DNA from: Desulfobacterales bacterium
GTDB lineage: Bacteria > Desulfobacterota > Desulfobacteria > Desulfobacterales > JAFDDL01
Length of the DNA: 32,000 bases
Direction of reading: 5' to 3'
Assembly: GCA_963677545.2 (NCBI GenBank)
Contig: CAXXKH010000003.1
Span: forward strand, 672,563 to 704,562
The position numbers and the translations under genes are program-made. How positions within the stretch are numbered: the stretch's first letter is position 1; the number at the start of each line of letters is the position of its first letter. The notes beneath the pieces were generated by a model. The model had not been told where the DNA came from. It saw only the letters and a list, made by a program, of their open reading frames with translations, and did no database searches. This document shows positions 15,654 to 23,476 of the stretch, piece after piece.

Positions 15654-15768
15654 GGAGCTTGCTGCAGGCATCAAGGTTTTTCTTTGCCGAGTCGTCCCCG
15701 GCAAACAAAAAATAGCTTTTCTTGGCGCTTCTTTGCGATCTTGAGTGAAACGGGCGGTGAAAATGCAG
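15577..15768 (+). repeat. Modular repeat copy, 5'-truncated inside the L-side GCCGCC-AAA-GGCGGC hairpin; H1-H4 and R arm intact
   Basis: AAGGCGGCTAAAAACTGCAAAAATCATATTGCATTTCGCTGGTCACGAAATACAAT...GCTGCAGGCATCAAGGTTTTTCTTTGCCGAGTCGTCCCCGGCAAACAAAAAATAGCTTTTCTTGGCGCTTCTTTGCGATCTTGAGTGAAACGGGCGGTGAAAATGCAG. Confidence 0.75.
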
Positions 15769-15804
15769 TTGAATGTTCTTCAATACCCTGAGCGGTGAGA
15801 CAAT

Positions 15805-17841
15805 ATGGAAAAAAAAGATCTGATAAAGAAACTAAAGGAACATGGTATCCATACCAAGGCGCACTTTTATACGGAAGCCTTTTCCCGGAACATCGGTCTG
15901 TTAACCACTGCTGACCAGGCTAAGCTCTCCGAGGCCACCGTCGCCATCCCCGGTATGGGCGGGGTAGGCGGGGCACACCTGATGGCCATGATTCGGATGG
16001 GGGTGGGAAAGTTTCACATTTCAGATTTCGATACCTTTGAAGTGGCCAATTTTAACCGGCAATACGGCGCCACCGTCCCGAGTCTGGGTCAGAATAAACT
16101 GGATACGATGGTTGCACAGGCATTGTCCGTAAATCCCTATGCAGAAATCAAGACTTTCCCCCAGGGCATTTCCGCCGAAAATCTCGATGAATTCCTGGAT
16201 GGAGTGGATGTCGTTATCGACAGTCTCGACTATTTCGAATTCGATATTCGAAGAATGCTGTTCAATCGGGCAAGTGAAAGAGGCGTGTATGTGGTTACCG
16301 CCGGCCCGATCGGCTTCAGTTCCGCCATGCTGGTTTTCTCCCCGCACGAAGGCATGGGGTTTGACGAGTATTTCAATATCGTCCGCGATATGACGCCACA
16401 GGATCATTACCTCTCCTATGCTATGGGGCTGGCCCCGAGGTCCACCCAGATCAAGTACATGGATCTGTCCCGAGTGGATTTGACCGCCAAGGCCGGCCCA
16501 TCATCAATTGCCGCTGTCCAGCTTTGTGCCGGTATGGTAGCTTCTGAGGCCATGCGGATTATTTTAGGAAAGGGCAGAATAAAACCGGCGCCTCATTATT
16601 TCCAATTCGATTTCTATCGGCAGATTTTTCGAAAAGGAAAACTTAGAGGCGGAAACCGGCATCCCATTCAGAAGCTGAAAAAAAGTATTGTAAACAAGCT
16701 TCTCGCGAGAAACGCTAAGATTATTAAACCGGAGGTGCCGGAAATACCCGCGTTAGGTAATATAACAGAGGACCTGCCTGAGCCTGTTCTTGAATATATC
16801 TTAAAGGCTGGAATTCAGGCGCCTTCCGGCGACAATGTTCAGCCCTGGAAGTTCAAAGTCAGGAACAACAGCATCGATCTTTACCTTGACAAAGCCGTTG
16901 ACAACTCGTTTTTCAATGTGCAACAGATCGCGTCCATTATTTCGTGTGGTGCGGTTATCGAAAACCTCAAAATCGCGGCAACCCTGTTCGGCCTTGATTC
17001 GAATATTCATTTACTCCCGGAAGGCGGGGGAAGTGACCATATGGCCTCGGTTACCTTCACCGACGGCGAAATTGAAAGCGATCCCCTCTCCCCATTTATT
17101 TGGGAGCGTTGCACCAACCGGAAATTCTTCAATAAAGAAGTCATTCCCGAGTCAAATCTTGAAACACTTAGTGAATCTGTTTCGATGTTTCCCGGCGTCA
17201 GCCTCCACCTGATCACCGGTCGTGAGCGGCTGAAATCGGTTGCCGACATGGTGTATCTGGCAGACCGTATTCGAACCGAGCACCGCCCCATGCATGAGCA
17301 TTTAAATAAAATGATTCGCTTCACGAAAAAAGAGGCGATTGACGCGCGTGATGGTTTCCCCCTGAAAAACCTGGAGGCCGGTATTGCCGGAGAGATTTTC
17401 TTGAAAGCCACCCGTTCTTGGGCGGCCATGACCGTGGCGAATTATTTGGGGGTTGGCCGGCTTGTGGCCATGCATGCCAAAATGGGAATACTCAGTTCAT
17501 CCGGAGTGGGACTTGTTACGGTAAAAGGCACCGGAACAAAGGACCTTTTGATAGGCGGCCAGGCCCTTGAACGGACCTGGCTTAACCTTGCCAAGCTTGG
17601 TATTTCTTTTCAACCCATGGCGGCTGTGACTCTATTCTGGATGCGTTGGCTTCTGTCCGGGGAGAATGATTTTCTGCCGAAGCATCGCCCGCTTTTGAAC
17701 CGCGTGTGGGATGCTTACAAAAGGCTCTTTCCTGAAGTTGATTTTGAAGCGGATGGGCATGTCCTGTTATTTCGGTTCGGGGTTGCGAAACCGATTCGGC
17801 AGAGAACTATACGAAAATATCATCACAGTTTTTACCGGTGA
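15805..17841 (+). CDS. ThiF/E1-like adenylyltransferase domain fused to tandem nitroreductase-like domains (Rv1355c/MoeY-type architecture)
   Basis: N-terminus FSRNIGLLTTADQAKLSEATVAIPGMGGVGGAHLMAMIRMGVGKFHISDFDTFEVANFNRQ (E1 Rossmann, Gly-rich ATP loop). From about residue 330, ILKAGIQAPSGDNVQPWKFKV (nitroreductase signature). 678 aa. Confidence 0.7.
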   Translation: MEKKDLIKKLKEHGIHTKAHFYTEAFSRNIGLLTTADQAKLSEATVAIPGMGGVGGAHLMAMIRMGVGKFHISDFDTFEVANFNRQYGATVPSLGQNKLDTMVAQALSVNPYAEIKTFPQGISAENLDEFLDGVDVVIDSLDYFEFDIRRMLFNRASERGVYVVTAGPIGFSSAMLVFSPHEGMGFDEYFNIVRDMTPQDHYLSYAMGLAPRSTQIKYMDLSRVDLTAKAGPSSIAAVQLCAGMVASEAMRIILGKGRIKPAPHYFQFDFYRQIFRKGKLRGGNRHPIQKLKKSIVNKLLARNAKIIKPEVPEIPALGNITEDLPEPVLEYILKAGIQAPSGDNVQPWKFKVRNNSIDLYLDKAVDNSFFNVQQIASIISCGAVIENLKIAATLFGLDSNIHLLPEGGGSDHMASVTFTDGEIESDPLSPFIWERCTNRKFFNKEVIPESNLETLSESVSMFPGVSLHLITGRERLKSVADMVYLADRIRTEHRPMHEHLNKMIRFTKKEAIDARDGFPLKNLEAGIAGEIFLKATRSWAAMTVANYLGVGRLVAMHAKMGILSSSGVGLVTVKGTGTKDLLIGGQALERTWLNLAKLGISFQPMAAVTLFWMRWLLSGENDFLPKHRPLLNRVWDAYKRLFPEVDFEADGHVLLFRFGVAKPIRQRTIRKYHHSFYR

Positions 17842-17902
17842 ACTGCTGCTCCTGAAAAAAATCAGTCCAAAGTCTGGATAAACGCATGGTGTGGAGTTTA
17901 AC

Positions 17903-18910
17903 ATGAATATTAACAAGATCTTAGAGCGTGTTTCCGAATATATGTGGCCTGTGATTCGTTTTGTTATAAAGAAAAAAAGACGGTGTAAGAATTGCATTCT
18001 TTCAGAAGCATATCTCCCGTTGAAGAACGGCTTATGTGAAAAATGTTCCAATGAAATTAATTGTTTTGAAGAGAAGCATTTTGAGGCATCGGAGGATATC
18101 AAGCACAAATTTCATGAAAAGATAACCTCTTATCAGGAAACCGATAAACGTTATCATTGTCTACTGCTTCTAAGCGGGGGGAAAGACAGCGCCTATATCC
18201 TGTATCGCATGAAATTGGAATATCCCGGCTTAAGGATACTCTGCGTTTTTGTAGACAATGGTTTTTCGAGCCCTGTAGCGATATCGAACGCTACTTATGT
18301 CGCAGATAAATTCAAAACCGATTTTATGATTGTCAGCTCTTATGTTGATGAATTTTCTAAAGTGTTTCGTCAGGCCTTTTTAGATCTGAAAGGAAGAGGA
18401 AGTTATGGTGTTGTGGACAAGGCTGACGGAGATTTTATATTTGAAGTTGGGCAAAAAGTGGCCCGAGATATGCGGATTCCAATGATACTCGGCGGTCTCT
18501 CATGGGTCCAGCTGCAAAAAATATTTGGTATCGATGGTTTCGAACTTGAACAGGAGATTCCGGTAATTCATCCGCTTGCTGTCTGGCGGGTCAATGAGCA
18601 GGGTATCCGTGATGAGGTTCAGGCGCGGAATCTGTTGCCCCGGGGAAATGACAACCCCGTGGTAACCAATAACAAGCTTATCCTGACCATGTGCGCATTG
18701 GACGTAAAGAACAACGGTTATTGCAGTTTCGAGCCCGAATTTGCCCAGTTGGTACGTGAGGGGAAAGCAGACAGGAAAACCTGGTTGTATAATTTTGAAT
18801 TGCTGGAATTTGCCACGATAAATGGTTTTCTGGATAAGGAAATCTCAGATTCCCTGGAGAAACTTCATCTGACAATGGATGATGTCATAAAATGTGAGAA
18901 AGTCAAATAA
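17903..18910 (+). CDS. PP-loop ATP pyrophosphatase with N-terminal CxxC-x13-CxxC zinc ribbon (N-acetyl sugar amidotransferase-like or TtuA-like)
   Basis: ATG 17903 is preferred (GGAG 6 nt upstream). CKNCILSEAYLPLKNGLCEKC, then HCLLLLSGGKDSAYILYRM (SGGxDS PP-loop). Confidence 0.65.
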   Translation: MNINKILERVSEYMWPVIRFVIKKKRRCKNCILSEAYLPLKNGLCEKCSNEINCFEEKHFEASEDIKHKFHEKITSYQETDKRYHCLLLLSGGKDSAYILYRMKLEYPGLRILCVFVDNGFSSPVAISNATYVADKFKTDFMIVSSYVDEFSKVFRQAFLDLKGRGSYGVVDKADGDFIFEVGQKVARDMRIPMILGGLSWVQLQKIFGIDGFELEQEIPVIHPLAVWRVNEQGIRDEVQARNLLPRGNDNPVVTNNKLILTMCALDVKNNGYCSFEPEFAQLVREGKADRKTWLYNFELLEFATINGFLDKEISDSLEKLHLTMDDVIKCEKVK

Positions 18911-18923
18911 GAGAGGAGATTGT

Positions 18924-19895
18924 ATGAAAACTGCCATTATCACAGGCGCGACAGGATGTGTCGGGCGAAATATCATTGAAAATTTAGATCCTTCAGAATG
19001 GGATATTGTGATTTTTCATAGAAGATCATCTGATTTGTCTCGTCTCAAAGATTGCAGAGTCCGATTCCAGGAAGTCGATTTATACGATATAAATTCTGTC
19101 CGGCACGCCATGCCTGGCGATGCTGATGTCATTTTTCATGTCGCTGGCAACACTTCTCACTGGTCATCAGAGGCAGCACAACAATGGAAAGACAATGTCC
19201 TTGTCACTAGAAATCTTGTTCAAGTTGCAGTGGAAAAAAAAGTAACGCGTTTTATATTCACTTCGACGGGTGCAACTCGTAAGTATCTGTATTATAATGA
19301 AAAAGAGTGTAAGCGTATTAAGTCGGGCTATAAACGTACCAAACGGTTGGCTGAAATTGAGTTGATCAAGGGAATTGAGATGGGATTGGACGCCGTCATT
19401 CTTCAACCCACCATTGTTGTCGGCGCCTACGATTACAATAGCTATTCACAAATTTTTTCAGGATTGAAAAGCGGAAAAATCAATACGGTTTTTCCCGGTA
19501 AGATTGCTTTCTGCCACGCCGATGATGTCGCCAAGGCTCATATACAGGCTTATGAAAAAGGAAGATGCGGGGAATATTATGTCCTGGGAGGCACCTATGC
19601 AACCTGGCTTGATTTTTTTGTTCGGATTGCCAATGTCATCGGGGTGAAACCGATAAAAAAGGCCCCTTCCAGATTCGTCATAAAAATATTAGCCTGTTTG
19701 GAATTTGTCCGAGCCAAGTTTGCCGGACAAAAACCCCTGCTCACTTTTGATTTGTTGGATCTGGTTGTAGACGATCCGGATTTGAGCTACTCGGAAAAAA
19801 GCCGATCATTTGAAGAGCTTGGCTATGAGTCCGCTTCCATGGATCAAATGATCATTGATTGTTACAATTGGATGAAGGAAGAAGGACGGTTGTAA
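18924..19895 (+). CDS. Extended SDR, NAD-dependent epimerase/dehydratase/reductase family
   Basis: ATG 18924 is preceded by GAGGAG. MKTAIITGATGCVGRNI (Rossmann GxxGxxG), SGYKRTK (YxxxK), FTSTGAT. Confidence 0.75.
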   Translation: MKTAIITGATGCVGRNIIENLDPSEWDIVIFHRRSSDLSRLKDCRVRFQEVDLYDINSVRHAMPGDADVIFHVAGNTSHWSSEAAQQWKDNVLVTRNLVQVAVEKKVTRFIFTSTGATRKYLYYNEKECKRIKSGYKRTKRLAEIELIKGIEMGLDAVILQPTIVVGAYDYNSYSQIFSGLKSGKINTVFPGKIAFCHADDVAKAHIQAYEKGRCGEYYVLGGTYATWLDFFVRIANVIGVKPIKKAPSRFVIKILACLEFVRAKFAGQKPLLTFDLLDLVVDDPDLSYSEKSRSFEELGYESASMDQMIIDCYNWMKEEGRL

Positions 19896-19976
19896 AGGGT
19901 CAAACCGGATACGTCCTATTCATGTAGCGGACGATTCCGATATAAAAAATCCGGATAAAATAAAGCCCGGCGCCTC

Positions 19977-20009
19977 AAAAAAACAAAGGGCAGCTAAGAT
20001 AGCTGCCCT
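19977..20009 (-). terminator. Rho-independent terminator of the PEP-CTERM gene; the hairpin is shared with the convergent SDR operon
   Basis: Perfect 9-bp stem AGGGCAGCT / AGCTGCCCT (19987..19995 and 20001..20009) with a 5-nt loop. On the minus strand it is followed by TTGTTTTTTT. Confidence 0.7.
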
Positions 20010-20038
20010 CTGCATAATCCATTCAGAAAGAAGTTTTA

Positions 20039-20971
20039 TTATTTACGAAACTTTTTTCGGCTAATCCCTGCCAGACCAATAAGTCCCATGCCCAAAAGGA
20101 TCATAGTGCCTGGTTCGGGAACTGCATCAAATACAACGTCAATGCCGTTATCGCTGAAACTGAGCAGGATTGTATTCTCGGGCGAGTCATTATTATCATT
20201 TCCATCATCAGAAAAGCCTGCGATACCGACACCATGAGCGCTACCATCATTATAAGTAAACAGCAAACCATTAGCGACTAATTCTTCCAAAGGCATGGCT
20301 GCTGAACCGGCGTCAAACCAGAAATCGTCGTCCTGGTTGATGTCGGCAAGTGAGAACGCAACGCTATATAATGCTGTCCCGGCCGGAACTGCTTCAGGCC
20401 AAACGCTCGGCCCGACCAAAGATGGAGCAGCATACTCAAAGGCAAAATCAGCGGCTAATGTATCACCAGCAGTATATGTGTGGCTATCATCCATATCGAT
20501 ATACATTGATGCGCTGCCATAAGCCATTTGTGTATAATAAGTATCGGTTTTAATACTTTCATAGGTGAGCCTTGTCGTATCACCGTCCCCACCATTGTTA
20601 TATCCAAAGATGTAACCGCCTAAAGAGACGTCAATCATCAAATCTTGGCTACCGCTGGGATAGCTCGGATAAACTGCATTACCGATAGCATCGACACCAT
20701 TGACAACTTTCATGGAAAAGACCTCGGTAAAGGTGTCACCATCGTTTAAAATACCGTCATCGCCAAGATCTTGTACGATATAGGTAGTTCCAGTTCCTCC
20801 ACCTACTGAGTATTGTGCATAGCCTTCTGTATCAAATCCCCAAATTTCCATGGGGTTGTGCGTGGCACCGGTTGCATCTGCATCAAAAATGACTGAATAA
20901 GGGGCCGCCATAGCAGTACCGCTTATTAAAAAGATTGACATTAAAATTGCTAAAAATGCGATTTTTTTCAT
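20039..20971 (-). CDS. PEP-CTERM sorting-domain secreted protein (exosortase substrate)
   Basis: Signal peptide MKKIAFLAILMSIFLISGTAMA. C-terminus VPEPGTMILLGMGLIGLAGISRKKFRK (PEP motif, TM helix, basic tail). Strong SD AAGGAG. Confidence 0.85.
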   Translation of the reverse strand: MKKIAFLAILMSIFLISGTAMAAPYSVIFDADATGATHNPMEIWGFDTEGYAQYSVGGGTGTTYIVQDLGDDGILNDGDTFTEVFSMKVVNGVDAIGNAVYPSYPSGSQDLMIDVSLGGYIFGYNNGGDGDTTRLTYESIKTDTYYTQMAYGSASMYIDMDDSHTYTAGDTLAADFAFEYAAPSLVGPSVWPEAVPAGTALYSVAFSLADINQDDDFWFDAGSAAMPLEELVANGLLFTYNDGSAHGVGIAGFSDDGNDNNDSPENTILLSFSDNGIDVVFDAVPEPGTMILLGMGLIGLAGISRKKFRK

Positions 20972-21155
20972 ATCGAGCTCCTTTTATAAAAGTCCATTGA
21001 TAAAAAAATCAAATGATTACGACTATTGTAAGCATTTTTTTCCGTCTGTTTCTCCCACCCCCTTTCTAAAGTAATCTAATAAATGGAATTATTTTTTCTT
21101 TAAAGAATTGGTTCGGTTATATTTGTCGACCATTTCTAATGTTGATATTTCTAGA

Positions 21156-21171
21156 AGCAAAACTCGGGCCA
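21156..21171 (-). promoter_or_regulatory. Candidate sigma-54 (-24/-12) promoter upstream of the PEP-CTERM gene
   Basis: The minus strand reads TTGGCCCGAGTTTTGCTT against consensus YTGGCACGrNNNTTGCW. GG and GC have correct spacing and there is one mismatch. It lies about 185 nt upstream of ATG 20971. Confidence 0.5.
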
Positions 21172-21460
21172 AATTTTCAATTCTAATAAAAATGATGATA
21201 TTTCTTGAATATTTATATTGATAACAACAGGTAACGAATAGCATACAATTTAAAAGTCACCATTTTTTAAAAGATTCTTTCGCCTTGAGCTATTAATTGG
21301 GAAATAAAGGTAATAGAATTGTTTACTATACTCCATAGGAGCAAAGGCGCGAATTTCTCACTGCAAAAGGATTTCGTTTGTTGATTTTCAGGATAGCAAC
21401 ACCCCAAAAAAGCAAGAGGGAGCTTTTGCCAGCTTTCATTGTCCTAAGTTATCCAACTGA

Positions 21461-22177
21461 TCATACATATCGTGCCGCCCAGAGAGATGCCTGGAGACGG
21501 TTTTTAACGTTAATTTTTTTGTATATGTTGTAGATGTGGGTTTTGACCGTGTGAAGACTGATGCAGAATTCATCAGCAATCTGCTGATTTCCGATTCCAC
21601 TGGCAATCCTTATCAAAATTTGTCGTTCTCGTTCCGTCAGGCAGGAGGCCAGGTCAGTACTTATTCTGTTATTAGTAATGTGTGTATGCCCGTTTGATAA
21701 ACAGTGGGAAAGCGTCTTTCTGCTAAACCACAATTCACCCCGCAGGATTGGAGGAATAGCTTTCGGCAAAATTTTAAACGAATCTTTTTGATAAAATAAA
21801 CCATGAACACCGTGTTCTATGGCCTTGTTTTCAAGGCCTGCCTCTGTGTGAACGTTATAAAACGTAATAAAACACTGGCTGTTTATCTCTGCTCTACTGA
21901 GGTTGTATGATCGCCAGGGATCAATCTTTTTCTCACCAAGACAATCCACCAACAGCAGATGTGTCATACCGGGTTTCAGCGCTGTTCTAAATGATGAATC
22001 CATCAATTTATGCTGTTTGCATTGCAAACCCAGGTTCTCGGCTAAAAAGGAGGTGAGTAATTCATTCTGTAGAATATTCGGCCCGATCACGTGGATCAGT
22101 ACGTCTGTGAAATCAGGTTTGTCGTTTACATCATCGGTGGTTTTAAGATTCATGGTGACCTCTTTGTATTGGCTCAT
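21461..22177 (-). CDS. LuxR/CsgD-VpsT-type transcription regulator (degenerate receiver-like N-domain + LuxR HTH)
   Basis: C-terminus LTERERQILIRIASGIGNQQIADEFCISLHTVKTHIYNIYKKINVKNRLQASLWA. The N-domain has LLLVD but lacks the usual N-terminal acidic pair (IHVIGPN). Confidence 0.75.
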   Translation of the reverse strand: MSQYKEVTMNLKTTDDVNDKPDFTDVLIHVIGPNILQNELLTSFLAENLGLQCKQHKLMDSSFRTALKPGMTHLLLVDCLGEKKIDPWRSYNLSRAEINSQCFITFYNVHTEAGLENKAIEHGVHGLFYQKDSFKILPKAIPPILRGELWFSRKTLSHCLSNGHTHITNNRISTDLASCLTERERQILIRIASGIGNQQIADEFCISLHTVKTHIYNIYKKINVKNRLQASLWAARYV

Positions 22178-22184
22178 TACTGAT

Positions 22185-22232
22185 GGAGAAAGGCTATGGG
22201 CAAGGGGCTATAGGCTATGGGGTAACAAACAG
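22185..22232. repeat. Inverted-orientation copy of the CCYATWGCC sub-module (purine-rich on the plus strand)
   Basis: GAGAAAGGCTATGGGCAAGGGGCTATAGGCTATGGGG is the reverse complement type of 31665..31690 and 31747..31785. Confidence 0.5.
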
Positions 22233-22454
22233 CTAAGAAACTGTCTCCCGCAGAGAAAAACATTATAAATTAGAGCACAAAAAATGAACTGAAATTATTG
22301 CAGGTCAATTAGAAAGATGGGGTCGTAGATTGAAAAAAAGACAAGGCAATAATATAAGATATTTGAAAATCTACTAAAACGGAGTGTCAATGATGGCGTC
22401 TCTCGTTTGCATGACGTATCAAATTGACCGTATTCCTTTGCCTTTTTGTAAGGG

Positions 22455-22841
22455 TTATCCGAGCACCGAAACTGAATACTTTTCAAACCGGCTGTCGTGG
22501 GTAACAACGGGAAGATGGTTAAGCTTTGCCGTAGCAATAATAATCCGATCCGCCGGATCTTTATGGATAAACGGCAAGGCAGCGGAAACCATGGCTATCG
22601 TTCCTGTAATCGGTATTTCAACCAAATCATGAATTTCAAGGGCTTTGGAATACCACTTGACGGCTTCCATAGACAACTCAAGTTTCCCCAAGGCGGCTTT
22701 GCATCCGATTTCAAGGGCGGTTGCAGCACTCACATAGACGATATCCGTATTTCGAATGGATTCCAAAGTCTCCTTCGATATCGCACCGCCGCCATTGGCT
22801 AACCAGATCAGCCCGCAGGTATCCAACATTATTGCAGGCAT
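22455..22841 (-). CDS. vapC: PIN-domain toxin (VapC-like)
   Basis: MLDTCGLIWL...PFIHKDPADRIIIATAKLNHLPVVTHDSRF. Overlaps the stop of the upstream antitoxin gene. The start may be ATG 22829 rather than 22841. Confidence 0.8.
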   Translation of the reverse strand: MPAIMLDTCGLIWLANGGGAISKETLESIRNTDIVYVSAATALEIGCKAALGKLELSMEAVKWYSKALEIHDLVEIPITGTIAMVSAALPFIHKDPADRIIIATAKLNHLPVVTHDSRFEKYSVSVLG

Positions 22842-23056
22842 TCAAAGTCCTCGCTCATATCGTCATCATATAGCGGCCCGCTCACACCGACGTGTAGTTC
22901 CATTGACCCTTTTAAACGGTCTTTGGCTTTATGGGAAACGATTTCGGCGACCGGTTTCCCATTTCGGCATATCAGATAAGACATGTTATATTTTTCAACT
23001 TTGGATAATAAGCTGGAAAGCTTATTTTTGGCTTCAAACACACTGATGGTTTCCAT
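22829..23056 (-). CDS. Phd/YefM-like antitoxin
   Basis: METISVFEAKNKLSSLLSKVEKYNMSYLICRNGKPVAEIV is a typical antitoxin N-terminus. Coupled to the PIN gene. Confidence 0.7.
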   Translation of the reverse strand: METISVFEAKNKLSSLLSKVEKYNMSYLICRNGKPVAEIVSHKAKDRLKGSMELHVGVSGPLYDDDMSEDFECLQ

Positions 23057-23185
23057 TGAAAGATCCTTTCAAAATTTTACAAATCTGACATAGCTTAGCT
23101 AACTTATCCAAAATTGTCAAGATGAAAACTCCAGCATAGGCATCAGAGCTGCATTCTCTTGTGGGCGAAATTATTTGACTCCAAA

Positions 23186-23285
23186 TTTCACCGCAAGGAG
23201 CGCCAAAAGCTGCCGTAAAAAGCAAAAAATTATCTTGCGCAGAGCCGCTCAGAACTGCAGGCACATTACATTTCGTTATCCGTGG
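23186..23285 (+). repeat. Fragmentary modular repeat (arm variants plus a degenerate H1 left half)
   Basis: TTTCACCGCAAGGAGCGCCAAAAGCTGC...CTTGCGCAGAGCCGCTCAGAACTGCAGGCACATTACATTTCG. Overlaps the 3' end of ORF 23276..23476. Confidence 0.5.
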
Positions 23286-23476
23286 GTGTCTATTTGTTTT
23301 TGAACTGACCCAACTTGTTGGCCTGTTTTAGCAATCTCAACCAGAGTTTCAAGACGAACCACTCGTTTGTCGATATCATTGGTCTGATCAGCCAATTTTT
23401 CAGTTCTGTCGTTAAGTCTTTGGACAGTATCTGTCAGTTTTATTATATCCAATACAAGCTCTTTCCAGCCGGCCAT
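23276..23476 (-). CDS. Small coiled-coil protein of unknown function
   Basis: 66 aa. Heptad-rich LVLDIIKLTDTVQRLNDRTEKLADQTNDIDKRVVRLETLVEI. Its ATG overlaps the stop of the upstream RHH gene by 1 nt (TAATG). Confidence 0.5.
   Translation of the reverse strand: MAGWKELVLDIIKLTDTVQRLNDRTEKLADQTNDIDKRVVRLETLVEIAKTGQQVGSVQKQIDTHG

Noticed and set aside
10010-15768. Chromosomal integron cassette array (small TA cassettes separated by structured repeats that could be attC sites)
   Set aside because: No intI gene or attI is visible. One module (13001..13644) is in the opposite orientation. The repeats have long perfect terminal inverted arms and internal mosaicism rather than the R''-L''/L'-R' layout, and I could not find the GTTRRRY / RYYYAAC cores at their ends. 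Copies also occur far outside the array (2014, 5615, 23186, 26524). An attC covariance-model scan would settle it.
10010-15768. CRISPR array
   Set aside because: The repeats are 40-240 bp mosaics at irregular spacing. The sequences between them are full protein-coding operons, not 25-40-bp spacers. No cas genes are present.
15805-19895. TOMM/azoline-type RiPP cluster (E1-like domain plus FMN dehydrogenase-like nitroreductase)
   Set aside because: There is no YcaO cyclodehydratase and no short Cys/Ser/Thr-rich precursor ORF nearby. The E1-nitroreductase fusion matches the Rv1355c-type architecture instead. It is kept only as a remote possibility in the operon finding.
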